DNA of 64,000 bases from Ktedonobacteraceae bacterium (GCA_034437695.1 DAOTTJ010000047.1:7613-71612), one strand, 5' to 3'; positions 1-9,682 are shown, numbered from the stretch's first letter. Program-made: numbers and translations. Notes: generated by a model from the sequence alone, not told the origin.

Positions 1-32
1 GCCGCTTCGCTCTGCCCCAGGCGCATGCCTAG

Positions 33-554
33 CAACGTCAGGATCATCCCGTCCGTTTCACTGAGCAACACTGCCAGAAAGCTGATCCCGACGCGAAAGC
101 TCTGGCCTGTTATGGCGTCTTGTGGCAACGGGGGGAAGCCTCGGCTCCGCTTCGCGACCGAATGTCGTTGCGCTTCGTGGATGGGCGTCCCGTCAGCGGT
201 CTCACTACCCAATTTCTGGCCGAATGTTGCCAGGAGTTAGAGGCCCAGGGCAAAACGGCATGGTTGTTGCTTTGGGATAATGCCTCCTGGCATGCCAGCA
301 AACTCGTCCGCACTTGGCTTCGTGAACACAATCAGCAGGTCAAACAAGAAGGCAAAGGAGTACGCATTCTGCCGTGTTTCTTGCCCAAACAAAGCCCCTG
401 GCTCAATCCGATTGAACCGAAATGGGTCCATGGCAAACGGGCCGTGGTCGAACCTGCTGGGGTTCTTTCCGCCAGACATCTGGCGGAACGCATTTGTATC
501 TATTACCAGTGTCCCTACGAAACGCATATATCCCTTCCCGAAAAGGTGAGTTGA
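33..554 (+). CDS. IS630-family (Tc1/mariner-like) DDE transposase, C-terminal portion; 5' part lies outside the window or is disrupted
   Basis: The frame of ORF 120..554 stays open back to 33. Motifs RFVDGRPVS, LLWDNASWHASK and LPKQSPWLNPIEPKW match the IS630 DDE domain. An in-frame TAG sits at 30..32 immediately upstream. Confidence 0.8.
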   Translation, partial: QRQDHPVRFTEQHCQKADPDAKALACYGVLWQRGEASAPLRDRMSLRFVDGRPVSGLTTQFLAECCQELEAQGKTAWLLLWDNASWHASKLVRTWLREHNQQVKQEGKGVRILPCFLPKQSPWLNPIEPKWVHGKRAVVEPAGVLSARHLAERICIYYQCPYETHISLPEKVS

Positions 555-949
555 GAATGCACGAGGAAAACCCCAGGCTCCAGACACCCACCTTGCAAAA
601 AGAGCCGTTGCAAAACAGCAATAGAAGAAAAAAAAGGTCAACAACATCCTTGACATCCTACACACAACAATATGGGTTTACAGCAATGGAGGGATATCGC
701 TGATGGGGCATGCATTGGTACTGAAAAAGAGGGGGGAAGAACGAGATACTGGAAGCGCGTATTTGTTCTCCCTGGATGTCCGTTGTTGGAAGTGGCCTCG
801 CGGGGTTTTCCTAAACCTCTGAATAGCAGAGACAAACGCTGCTCCTCAAAACTTCATCTACCACTTGTCAATCCACATGCTATGATATCTATGTTGTGGA
901 ACTGGAAAAAGCATGATGGTATGCTTTCATTTAATAGGAGGATCAACGT

Positions 950-1926
950 ATGCACTATCGACATCTGGGACGAGCAGGAGTGCGTGTCAGTACGATTGGA
1001 CTGGGTAGCTGGTTGACGTATGGCAACGCTGTGGAAAAAGAAACAGCCGCTATCTGTATTCGTCAAGCTTACGAAGCTGGGGTCACGCTTTTTGATACGG
1101 CTAATGTCTACAATCGTGGCGAAGCCGAAAAAGTGGTTGGCCAGGTCCTGGGTTCCTTTCCGCGTGCATCGTTTGTGCTGGCAACGAAGGTCTATTTCCC
1201 GATGGGAGACGGTCCCAACGATCGCGGCCTATCGCGTAAACATATTATGGAACAATGTCACGCCAGCCTGCGTCGTCTCAATACCGATTATATCGATCTG
1301 TATCAATGACATCGCTATGATAGCGAAACCCCGCTGGAGGAGGTGTTGCGAGCGCTTGATGATCTTGTAACACAAGGCAAAGTACTCTCTATACGGGTGT
1401 TTCAGAGTGGTCGGCCGCGCAGATCAGCGATGCAGTAGCGCTGGCTAGCGAGTTGAACCTGGATCGGATCGTGTCAAACCAGCCGCTTTACAATATGTTG
1501 ACTCGCGCGATCGAAGCCGAGGTAATCCCGGTATCTGAGCGCGAGGGCATTGGTCAGATTGTTTTCTCGCCACTCGCTCAGGGAGTACTGACCGGAAAAT
1601 ACAAGCCCGGCCAGCAGCCAGAACAGGGGACACGAGCAGCGAATGACCAACTGAACGAATTTATGAAGGGAACCAGCCTGATGAGCGATAAGACGCTGAC
1701 GGCTGTGCAGAATCTGCAAGCGCTGGCTCGCCAGAATAGCTTCACCCTGTCTCAGCTTGCGCTGGCGTGGGTTCTACGACAGCCTAATGTCAGCTCGGCT
1801 ATTATTGGGGCTTCGCATCCTGATCAGGTGGCTGAGAATGTCAAAGCAGGTGAGATGCAGCTCTCTGCGGAGATGCTCAGCAAGATCGATGCGATCCTCG
1901 GCAACGTTGTGTCATATATACGTTAA
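950..1926 (+). pseudogene. Aldo/keto reductase (Kv-beta/Tas-like) with an in-frame stop and a frameshift
   Basis: ORFs 950..1309 and 1453..1926 together cover a full AKR (GLGSW, DTANVY, LATKV, NQPLYNML, SPLAQGVLTGKY, IIGAS). TGA at 1307..1309 replaces the family Cys in DLYQ-C-HRYD. The frame changes in the CTCTCT run 1385..1390, and LYTGVSEWSAAQISDAVALA continues in the frame of the 1453 ORF. Confidence 0.85.
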
Positions 1927-1997
1927 GACAAAAGAGATGCAGGCCTGTCTCTTCTGCTACATGTATCAGAAGAGACAGACCCGCATCTCTTCTCTCG

Positions 1998-4628
1998 TCA
2001 TGTTCCCTGTTCTTCGTGCGCGATGGCCTGAACTACGTACTCGTATTGAGTGCGGCTCGCAACGGTTTTAGGATGGGAGTCTCCCAGGGACTGCGTGCGG
2101 ATCTTGAGCGCACGTCTAAAGAGCGGTGCGGCCTGGAGCAAGAGACCCTGTTGCTGAGTGCATAGCGCCAGATCGTGCAGAATTTGAGCTGTCTCGGGGT
2201 GCTCGCATCCTAACCCCTGCTCAAGGATGTGCAGTGCTCGTGCGTAAAGCTGCTCGGCCTCCTTGTATTGATCTCGCTCAACAAAAATATCCGCCAGCCC
2301 ATTCAGCGCATAAGCAAGGTGGGGGTGATCGGGTCCCACCGCCTGTTCCCAGATCAAGAGCGCTCGCTCATAGAGGGGTTGAGCCTGTTCGTATGCTCCC
2401 TGGAGGCTGTAGAGTTCGGCCAGGTTACTGAGTGCGCCCGCAACCTCAAAATGCTCAGATCCCCAGGCCTGTTCCCAGATACGCAAGGCTCGTTCGTAGA
2501 GCAAGCGAGCCTGGTCGTACTTCCCCTGTTCCCTATAGAGATCAGCCAGATTATTGGCCACATGGCCTACCTCAGGGTGGTCGGGTCCCATCGCCCGTTC
2601 CCAGATCGAGAGCGTTCGTTCATACAGGGATTGGGCCTGGTCATATTTTCCCTGGGCAGTGAAAAGGATCGCCAGCCCATTCAGCGCATAAGCCACAGTT
2701 GGATGGTCGGACCCCAGTACACGCTCCCAAATCAAGAGCGCTCGCTCATACAGGGATTGAGCCTGGTCATACTTCCCCAGATGACGGTGAAGGATCGCCA
2801 GGTTGCAAAGGACACGAGCTACCTCTGGGTGCTCTGCTCCCAACTCTCGCTCACGAAGATGTAAGGCTCGTTCGTAGAGCAAGCGAGCCTGGTCGTATCT
2901 TCCCTGTTCATACGAGATGGCGGCAAGTTTGTTGAGTGTGTTTGCCACTTCAAGTGGTTCAGACTCCACGCTCTGCTCCCAAATGTGCAGCGCACGTGTA
3001 CAGAGGGGTTGAGCCTGTTCGTACTTCCCCTGGAGGCGGTAGAGTTCAGCTACATTATTGAGCACTCTCGCTACCTGAAAGTGCTCAGAACCTAATCGAT
3101 GCTCACGAATACGTAAAGCCCGCATGAACAATGGTAGGGCTTGTTCGTATTGAGCACGTTCGTGGAGATAGAGAGCAGCCTTTGCTAAGATGTCCGCCAA
3201 CTCAAGATCTGGGAGAGGATCGTGCATGTCCATTGTACAGGTTAAAACGTGCGGCAAGAGTCGGTCGCACAGAGGCCACGTTTCGAAGGTAACCATAGGA
3301 AAGAGAGTAAAGAGCAGGTGGATGGTTTGCTGCTGATACTGCTGGCGGTCAGCTTCACTCATCGCCTGCCGCAGGACGGTCTGCACAAGCCGATGGAGAG
3401 AGAGCGTATGCGTGTCTGGATGTCGCCGCACAAGCGATAGACTCCGTAGAACCCCAATGGCATCGTTGAAAATCAGAGGGTCTCTCAAGAGCGACAGAGC
3501 CGTATTATCTCTTTGCACAAAAAGTTCTTCGGGAAGAGCGTCCGGCGCAAGAAAAGCACAGAGCTTGAGCAGATCGACCGCGGCTTGATTTCGCTGGTGA
3601 ACCCACTCAAAAGCCAGAGTAAAGGTCATAGTCACCGATGTAGGATGCTCGGTTGGAATGCTCCCACGTCGTGCTAACATCGCGCTTTGCCTTTGCTGCC
3701 AGAGATGCAGATACACCTCCAGTGTACAACTGGTCTCCAGAATATACGCTCCAGCCTGGTCAAGCGCCAACGGCAACCCACCCAGCTGCCGGGCCAAGAT
3801 GCGGGCCAGAGCAACCTCCGCAGCCAACGCATCGTCAAGGGATGCGTGTAGCTCAATCCGCTTGCTCCGTTTGAGCAGAAAGAGTGTACCATCGTCCTCA
3901 GCAAGCACATCGACTTCAATGACCTGAGCGACAGGTTCGGTTACCTGCCGCCGGGTCGTGAGCAAAACAGCCCCATGCTTATCGATAGGAACAAATTGCT
4001 TGACCACAGAGAGATCTTCGAGATTGTCAAACACAAGGAGCCAACCTTCATGAACACTAAGCCAGCGCTTGACTGCGTCTACAATCTTCTGTTCATAGGT
4101 CTCGTTTCTCTCTGGCAACCGCAACAGCCTGGCTACCTCGATAAATGAAGAAATGATGGTCTCGGAAGTATCAGCATTAATCCAGAAGATATCGTGATAC
4201 GTTTCCTGGTAACGATAGGCATATTCGAGCGCGAGCTGCGTTTTGCCTATCCCTCCTAAACCAACAATCGCTTGTGTGATAGCCAGATACCCATGTGAAC
4301 CAAGGTGCAGATGGAGATGTTGTAACAACCGTTCTCTGCCCGTAAAGTAAGGATTGCGGTCAAAGGGAAGATTGGAGGACGTAAGGAAAGAAACCGTGCC
4401 AAAGCGCGTTTCGATCAGGAGACGCTTCTCTTCTTCATCCAAATCGAGCACCGTTGCGAGATGAAGGAGCGTACTAAACGTCTCGGGTCGCTCCATATTG
4501 CGTTCCCATAAACTTATCGAGTTTCGATGGACCTCTATTTTATTGGCAAGGACTTGCTGACTTAATTTTTTTCGTTGGCGAAAAAGTTTCAGGAGATCTC
4601 CAAACGAAGACGTTTGCTGAGGCTTCAT
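1998..4628 (-). CDS. STAND NTPase: XRE-type HTH + NB-ARC ATPase + kinesin-light-chain-type TPR array
   Basis: N-terminus FGDLLKLFRQRKKLSQQVLANKIEVHRNSISLWERN (XRE HTH). P-loop GLGGIGKTQLALEYA, Walker B LLVFDNLED, GGLPLALDQAG (NB-ARC GLPL motif). About 10 repeats of the type RALxIWEQxLGxxHPxVAxxLNNLAxLYxxQGKYDQAxxLYE. Start chosen at the internal MKPQQTS (4628); the ORF opens at 4709. Confidence 0.85.
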   Translation of the reverse strand: MKPQQTSSFGDLLKLFRQRKKLSQQVLANKIEVHRNSISLWERNMERPETFSTLLHLATVLDLDEEEKRLLIETRFGTVSFLTSSNLPFDRNPYFTGRERLLQHLHLHLGSHGYLAITQAIVGLGGIGKTQLALEYAYRYQETYHDIFWINADTSETIISSFIEVARLLRLPERNETYEQKIVDAVKRWLSVHEGWLLVFDNLEDLSVVKQFVPIDKHGAVLLTTRRQVTEPVAQVIEVDVLAEDDGTLFLLKRSKRIELHASLDDALAAEVALARILARQLGGLPLALDQAGAYILETSCTLEVYLHLWQQRQSAMLARRGSIPTEHPTSVTMTFTLAFEWVHQRNQAAVDLLKLCAFLAPDALPEELFVQRDNTALSLLRDPLIFNDAIGVLRSLSLVRRHPDTHTLSLHRLVQTVLRQAMSEADRQQYQQQTIHLLFTLFPMVTFETWPLCDRLLPHVLTCTMDMHDPLPDLELADILAKAALYLHERAQYEQALPLFMRALRIREHRLGSEHFQVARVLNNVAELYRLQGKYEQAQPLCTRALHIWEQSVESEPLEVANTLNKLAAISYEQGRYDQARLLYERALHLRERELGAEHPEVARVLCNLAILHRHLGKYDQAQSLYERALLIWERVLGSDHPTVAYALNGLAILFTAQGKYDQAQSLYERTLSIWERAMGPDHPEVGHVANNLADLYREQGKYDQARLLYERALRIWEQAWGSEHFEVAGALSNLAELYSLQGAYEQAQPLYERALLIWEQAVGPDHPHLAYALNGLADIFVERDQYKEAEQLYARALHILEQGLGCEHPETAQILHDLALCTQQQGLLLQAAPLFRRALKIRTQSLGDSHPKTVASRTQYEYVVQAIAHEEQGT

Positions 4629-4867
4629 GTTTTGCCATCCTTGTACATTGTTTGCTATCCCTGGAAAAGAAATGCGTTGTGTCTTGCTTCGCACAACGCT
4701 ATTGTGCATCTCATACTTTACAGTACAGTCAAGCGCTTGACAAGTGCTTCCTGCACCTGATGGTTCCTTAGGAGATATTTCTTATGGACCAGAATTTTCC
4801 AATGCTGTGCAATCAGATGTCACTGTATTTTAGACAAGGTTGCTTACAGCAATCAGAAAGAAGAAGT

Positions 4868-5791
4868 ATGATAATGCCCAAAGCAGTCAAATTCGAACAC
4901 TATGGTGGCATCGAAGTATTACAGGTTGTAGATGTCGCGCAACCGGTGCCAGGTCCAGAGCAAGTGCTCGTCAATGTCAGAGCGGCTGGTATTAACCCCG
5001 GTGAGGCATCTATCCGTAAGGGCCTGTTTGCCGAGCGTTGGCCAGCAACATTCCCCAGTGGACAGGGCAGCAACCTGACAGGGATAGGGGTCGCTGTTGG
5101 CTCTAGAGTAGAAGGTTTCGCTGTGGGCGACGAGGTGCTCGGTTTCACAAACAACAGGGCCAGCCAGGCAGAGTTTGTTGTTGTCGAGGCGAGTAACGTA
5201 ACCCATCGTCTGCGCAATGTCTCCTGGGAAGCGGCTGGTGCATTGTTTGTTGCAGGGACAACCGCTTACGCGGCAATTCGCGCGGTCTCGTTGCAACGGA
5301 GAGACACCCTCGCTGTCTCAGGAGCAGCACGCGGAGTCGGCTCAATCGTCCTTCAACTGGCAGTCAGAGCCGGGACAAAGGTGATTGCTCTGGCCGGCCC
5401 GACTCATCACCAGTGGCTGAGCGACTACGGAGTCATCCCGCTTGACTACGGTGAGGGCGTCGAGGAGCGTATTCGGGCAGTCACTGACGGTCGACTCGAT
5501 GGTATCCATACCTTTGGAGCCGATTACGTCGAACTTGCGCTCAAACTCGGCGTTCAGCCCGAACGTATCAATACGATTATCAACATTGACGCTGTGACAA
5601 AGTATGGCGGCAAAGCCGAGGGCAACACTCAGGCGGCGAACGCGACAGTCCTGGCTGATCTCACCCGGTTTATCGATCAGGGAGCATTGGAAATCCCGAT
5701 TGCCCGCGTTTATCCACTGGCCGCTGGTCAAGAGGCATATCGCGAGCTGGAACAGCGCCATACACCTGGGAAGATTGTGCTCGTACCCTGA
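4868..5791 (+). CDS. Zinc-type alcohol dehydrogenase / NADPH:quinone oxidoreductase family (MDR)
   Basis: MPKAVKFEHYGGIEVLQVVD, VRAAGINPGE, GFAVGDEVLG and the C-terminal GKIVLVP are typical of quinone-oxidoreductase-like MDRs. The cofactor loop reads AARGVGS where AAGGVGS is usual. Start taken at MIMPKAV. Confidence 0.8.
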   Translation: MIMPKAVKFEHYGGIEVLQVVDVAQPVPGPEQVLVNVRAAGINPGEASIRKGLFAERWPATFPSGQGSNLTGIGVAVGSRVEGFAVGDEVLGFTNNRASQAEFVVVEASNVTHRLRNVSWEAAGALFVAGTTAYAAIRAVSLQRRDTLAVSGAARGVGSIVLQLAVRAGTKVIALAGPTHHQWLSDYGVIPLDYGEGVEERIRAVTDGRLDGIHTFGADYVELALKLGVQPERINTIINIDAVTKYGGKAEGNTQAANATVLADLTRFIDQGALEIPIARVYPLAAGQEAYRELEQRHTPGKIVLVP

Positions 5792-5818
5792 ATTCTCGTT
5801 TTGCGCCTTTTTTCAGCA

Positions 5819-5854
5819 GGATCGGGTTCAAGCGCTCTCGCTCGAACCCGATCC
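5819..5854 (+). terminator. Hairpin after the MDR gene (11-bp stem GGATCGGGTTC/GAACCCGATCC) flanked by a T-run and an A-run
   Basis: Read directly. Stem arms at 5819..5829 and 5844..5854, TTTTTT upstream and AAAAAA downstream. A second GC hairpin GGCGCAAG/CTTGCGCC follows. Confidence 0.45.
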
Positions 5855-5907
5855 AAAAAACCGGGGGCGGGGGCGCAAGCCTCTGTCTTGCGCCAAATGA
5901 AATGAGC

Positions 5908-5937
5908 TTGACAGGCGTTCCTGCTCTCGCGTATACT
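5908..5937 (+). promoter_or_regulatory. Sigma-70-like promoter candidate TTGACA-18 nt-TATACT upstream of the Rrf2 gene
   Basis: TTGACA at 5908..5913 and TATACT at 5932..5937, about 70 nt upstream of the ATG at 6006. Confidence 0.4.
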
Positions 5938-6005
5938 TTTGAGAAATGGCTGTAATAATGTTTATTGCAACCATTGTGCAAAAAGAGACGATTAAGGAAA
6001 GAGCG

Positions 6006-6461
6006 ATGAGTGCCAATAGCCGTTTAACCTTAGCCATCCACACGCTCACCTGGCTGGCAAGCTACCGGGACACCTACGAGTTCGCCACTTCTGAGCGTAT
6101 TGCCAGAAGCGTAAAGACAAACCCGGTGATCCTGCGTGGGCTACTTGGCATGATGGAGAAGCGGCACCTGGTCAATGTCCAGCACGGCAGCAACGCTGGG
6201 TGGCGCATCGCACGCAATCCACAGGAAATCACCCTCCTTGATGTCTATCGCGCAGTGAAGCCAGATAAGCTTTTCTCGCTGCATCGCACCCAGCCAAACC
6301 AGTTGTGCCTCATCGGCCGCGGCATTCGCTCACCCCTTGAGCAGGTCTATAGCCACGCTCAGAGCGCGTTAGACATCGAACTGGCCCGCACAACTATCGC
6401 CGATATTCTACGCGATACGCTTGTATCTGCCTCTGCTCTGCCGCAAACCCAGACACCCTGA
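6006..6461 (+). CDS. Rrf2-family transcriptional regulator
   Basis: MSANSRLTLAIHTLTWLA, SERIARSVKTNPVILRGLLGMMEKRHLV (winged HTH of Rrf2/BadM). Length is about 150 aa. Confidence 0.8.
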   Translation: MSANSRLTLAIHTLTWLASYRDTYEFATSERIARSVKTNPVILRGLLGMMEKRHLVNVQHGSNAGWRIARNPQEITLLDVYRAVKPDKLFSLHRTQPNQLCLIGRGIRSPLEQVYSHAQSALDIELARTTIADILRDTLVSASALPQTQTP

Positions 6462-6533
6462 TCACCGCTTCTTTCATCTCTTTTGCCTCTCTTGCCTCTT
6501 TCCATAGGAATAGAGGGAAGCCCAGGATACCTG

Positions 6534-6541
6534 TAAAACTC
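6534..6541. repeat. Target-site duplication TAAAACTC (left copy) of the IS66-family element
   Basis: Identical 8-mer at 8136..8143, each abutting a terminal inverted repeat. Confidence 0.8.
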
Positions 6542-8135
6542 GTATCTATTCAGTAGGGGATGCGTCCAATGTCGATGACCGGAAAGCGCCTGTTCGAGTG
6601 CTGAGAGCAAGGGGATTTCCTGCTTGCGCAGCGCGGAGAGGTAGCTGCGAATGCGACAGAACATGCAATGCCTTGCTCCGTGCGAAAGCAGCCCGAGATT
6701 TTTTGCTGCACCTTGATCAGACGCAGATCACGCTCCGCCAGGTTGTTGTCAAAGGGCACAGCAAAGGCATACAGAAACCGCAGCACGGCCTGCTTTTGCT
6801 GGGAGAAACGGTCTAGTAGGTTGCGAGCTGGGCTTTGCCTGGCTCGTCCAGGCTCGCGCTTGTTGTGCGCTGACTTTGTGGGAACTGGAGGAGGCGGATT
6901 GGCCTGATAACCTTCTCTCAGGATCTTCTCGTAGCGATGCAGTAATGCAGCGAGTACCGGTAGATCCAGTTCCCGCTGTCCCAAGGCTCTGGCCTGCTCA
7001 ACCTCCGCTTTCATCTCCAAAAGCAGGGCTTTCATCGATCTTCCCCAGGGTTGTTTGAGTTCTTCCTCGATAAACGTCAGGTCGCGCAAGTGATGGACAT
7101 TGCACAATGCCTGAGTGAAGGTGTAGCCCTGATAGCTCTTCAATCCGTCGTGGACCGACGTGCCGGGAAAGCAGGGCGCAATGCCAATGGCATCCATCCC
7201 TTTTTGACCTCGGCTCCGATGAATCCCATAATGTGTGAGTCGATCGGTGGCACACACATGAACCCACCAGCCCTCTTTCCCGACTCGCATCCCCGTTTCA
7301 TCCTGATGCAGTACTGCTGCTTTCACTAGAGCTTCTTTGAGGTCGTTTTCAACCTCCGCCAGATTCTGCTGACAGGTGGTGACAACGGTGGAGATACTGC
7401 CCGCTGAGAGTTGCACGCCAAGCAAATCCGGCGCGAGCATAGGGAACGGCTTGGCCTTCTCCCAGAGAAACAGCCAGCGCCTGGATGCCCGCTCCCTATT
7501 GAGCAGGCACTTTGACTGATGCCGGGAAGGTGGCTCGTGTCAGATGAAAACAGGTTGGACAGGATTTTTCTTCGACGCGATGTTCCGTGACCCAGAGCCG
7601 TTTGGTTGGCAAATCGATTGTTTGGCGTCGTTCTGGGAGCGTCGCTGGCTGGTTGCAGAGATCTCGCTGGCAATGCTCACAACAGGTAACAGGATGAAGC
7701 TGTACCTCGTCGGGCATCTCCACCTGTCTGAGGTGATGTCCTCGATGGCCTTTTTGCCCACCAGACTTCTTCCCACTCTTCTGTTTCAAGCTTTTCGGCA
7801 CACCCACAAAGCGATCAGAGGAAGGCGGCAAACTGCTATTATGGCTATTCTTCGCCTGCTGCCCCTCCAGCATTTTTACGCGTCCTTGCAGCCCTTCGAG
7901 GCTCTGGGCGTGTTCTTGCAACCGTTCGATGGCTTGAATGGCTTCTTTCAAACCCTCGCGCAGTGCCTGCTTTTCTTGCTGGAGTTGTTGCATTTCCTGG
8001 TGTTTTTCATACGTGATGTCGCGCTAGGCTGTCTTCTCCGCTCGCAGTTGCTCCAGTTCTTCCTCTGTTGTCATATCCTTACTGTAGCAAATGTACTGCT
8101 CATCCTGCAACTGCATAGCCCCTCTGAATAGATAC
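6542..8135 (-). mobile_element. IS66-family insertion sequence, single-ORF (ISBst12-like) type, about 1.6 kb, transposase inactivated
   Basis: Terminal inverted repeats GTATCTATTCAGTAGGGG (6542..6559) and CCCCTCTGAATAGATAC (8119..8135): 12 identical nt, a 1-nt indel, then AGGGG. Flanked by the 8-bp direct repeat TAAAACTC. The interior encodes IS66 transposase fragments. Confidence 0.85.
6550..8116 (-). pseudogene. IS66-family transposase, disrupted by an in-frame stop and at least 2 frameshifts
   Basis: N-terminal part in ORF 7496..7993 (NSSLPPSSD, KGHRGH, CCEHCQ). DDE part in ORF 6550..7440 (VLHQDETGMRV, HVCATD, VHDGLKSY, CNVHHLRDL, FDNNLAERDLR). The C-terminal MFCRIRSYLSALRKQ is in a third frame (ORF 6359..6664). 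Upstream ATGs at 8116 and 8074 are in frame with 7993 but separated from it by TAG at 8014..8016. Confidence 0.85.
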
Positions 8136-8143
8136 TAAAACTC
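8136..8143. repeat. Target-site duplication TAAAACTC (right copy)
   Basis: See 6534..6541. Confidence 0.8.
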
Positions 8144-8188
8144 GACCATAAAGCAATTTGTTCTATTTTTGTCCGTCATTCGGCCTCT

Positions 8189-8290
8189 GTATCTATTCAG
8201 ATGGGTAGGGAAATCGTGTGTCCGGTCAGGTCGCAAGAGTTTTGGATTGCGCCAGAACACAGGCTGTCGCCGTTCATGTGTTGGTGGATA
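8189..8290 (-). mobile_element. Solo end / remnant of a second, related IS66-family element
   Basis: GTATCTATTCAGATGGG at 8189 repeats the first 12 nt of the IS terminal repeat. The minus-strand translation reads ...RTHDFPTHLNRY, parallel to ...HRHWTHPLLNRY at the end of the intact copy. Both have TGA inside the repeat in the same position. The coding remnant closes after about 30 codons. Confidence 0.5.
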
Positions 8291-8487
8291 AGCTCTTATG
8301 AAAAGAGCATTGCCTGCGTCAACATAGGGAATTTACCAGGTGCCTTTGCAACGTCGGTCTGCCATCATGCCTTGGCCAATCTATCCGTGAGACATCGAAT
8401 GAACCGTGGCGATTGAAGAGATCACAACCCGCAACTGCCACAATGATGAAAACCGTGGCAGTCGAAGGTACTCCTGGTCGCGCGTGT

Positions 8488-9427
8488 TCAGGTGGTGAGG
8501 ATGATCTTGGCAAGACCGCCCCTTTCGGCGATTGCCTGTGCTTCGGCAGCATCAGCGAACGGCATGATACGGTCGATAGGGATCGTCAACTTGCCAGCGC
8601 GTACCGCTTCAGCGTAGCGCAAGATTGTTTCAGTGAAGTGTACGGTTCTTTCGGAGATCGATCCCGCGAAAACGATAGTGATGCGGATGGTAGGATAAAG
8701 CGCGACGTCTTGCCGGTCTCGGTTGGGGAAGCAGCCGAATGTGCCACCTGACTTCACCCTGGCAAGGAACGTGTTGGCGAGCTTCCCACCGACGGTATCG
8801 GCAACGCAGTCGACTGGATCGAGTGTGTCAATCGCTGTATCATCATCGATGGCGACGGCCTCGCTCACTCCGGGAAGCTGACCGGGCCTCGTCAAGTCGC
8901 TTGCCGCGAACGCCCGCAATGATCCGCGCACCAATCTGTGATGCCGCGAAGACCGCTGAACGACCGACGGAACCTAAAGCCCCGGTGATGAGGACGGTCT
9001 GACCAGGTTGGACGGTGGCTCCGAGCTGGATCAGATTATCGCCCATGAGCGTAACGAGTGGAAGCGCGGCAGCGGTAGTCATCTCCAAGCCAGCGGGAAT
9101 GTTGACAAGGTTGCTGGCTTTGACGGTGCAACGTTCTGCGTAGGTATGCGGAGCCATCGCCATGACGCGGTCGCCAACCTCGAAAGCGGTGACACCCTCG
9201 CCTACCTCAAGAACGGTACCCGCGAGGTCGCAGCCGGGGATGGAGGGGAACGCTATCAGAATATGATGCCCTTGACGGCTCCAGAGCCTACCTTCCAATC
9301 AGCAGGGTTGATGCTGGTGGCCGAAACGCGCACGAGCACCTCGCCTGCGGCGGGTTTGGGGTCTTCAACGTCTTCGTAGGTGAGTAGTGACGCAGGGCCA
9401 TACTCGTGGAGAACAATGGCTTTCATG
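8488..9427 (-). pseudogene. MDR quinone-oxidoreductase-like gene broken into three frames
   Basis: Minus strand from ATG 9427: MKAIVLHEYGPASLLTYEDVEDPKPAAGEVLVRVSATSINPADWK, then a stop. It continues in ORF 8843..9298 (FPSIPGCDLAGTVLEVGEGVTAFEVGDRVMAM, VLITGALGSVGRSAVF) and in ORF 8488..8934 (C-terminal part ending KIILTT). Confidence 0.8.
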
Positions 9428-9454
9428 CTTTCCCTCGATTTCTTGAAATAGGTT

Positions 9455-9682
9455 CATATGGATGGGCCAATAGCGTCGACAATACCGGCGAAATCATGGC
9501 CCAGGCCGCGCGGAAACCACCCTCAGATGACCCGCACAATTGCCCCAATCCGCCAGGTTGGTTGCCACAGCCCTGACTCGCACACGAACCTGACCGCGCC
9601 CAGGTTTGGGAATCTCAACCTCCTCCAAACCCATTTCCTCTGGGCCGCCGTACTGGTGATAGAGAATGCTCTGCATGAGCAT
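9455..9682 (-). pseudogene. N-terminal fragment of a second MDR oxidoreductase (frameshifted, truncated)
   Basis: ORF 9494..9682: MQSILYHQYGGPEEMGLEEVEIPKPGRGQVRVRVRAVATNLADW. The expected continuation WFPRGLGHDFAGIVDAIGPSI is in another frame and stops at about 9458. Confidence 0.7.

Noticed and set aside
1307-1309. TGA at a conserved Cys position of the AKR: a selenocysteine codon?
   Set aside because: AKRs are not known selenoproteins, I see no SECIS-like hairpin immediately downstream, and the same gene also carries a 2-bp frameshift 80 nt later. A pseudogene is the simpler reading.
2126-2935. Plus-strand ORFs (101 to 211 aa) with internally repetitive translations
   Set aside because: They are antisense to the TPR array of the STAND gene. 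Their periodicity only mirrors the TPR repeats on the other strand.
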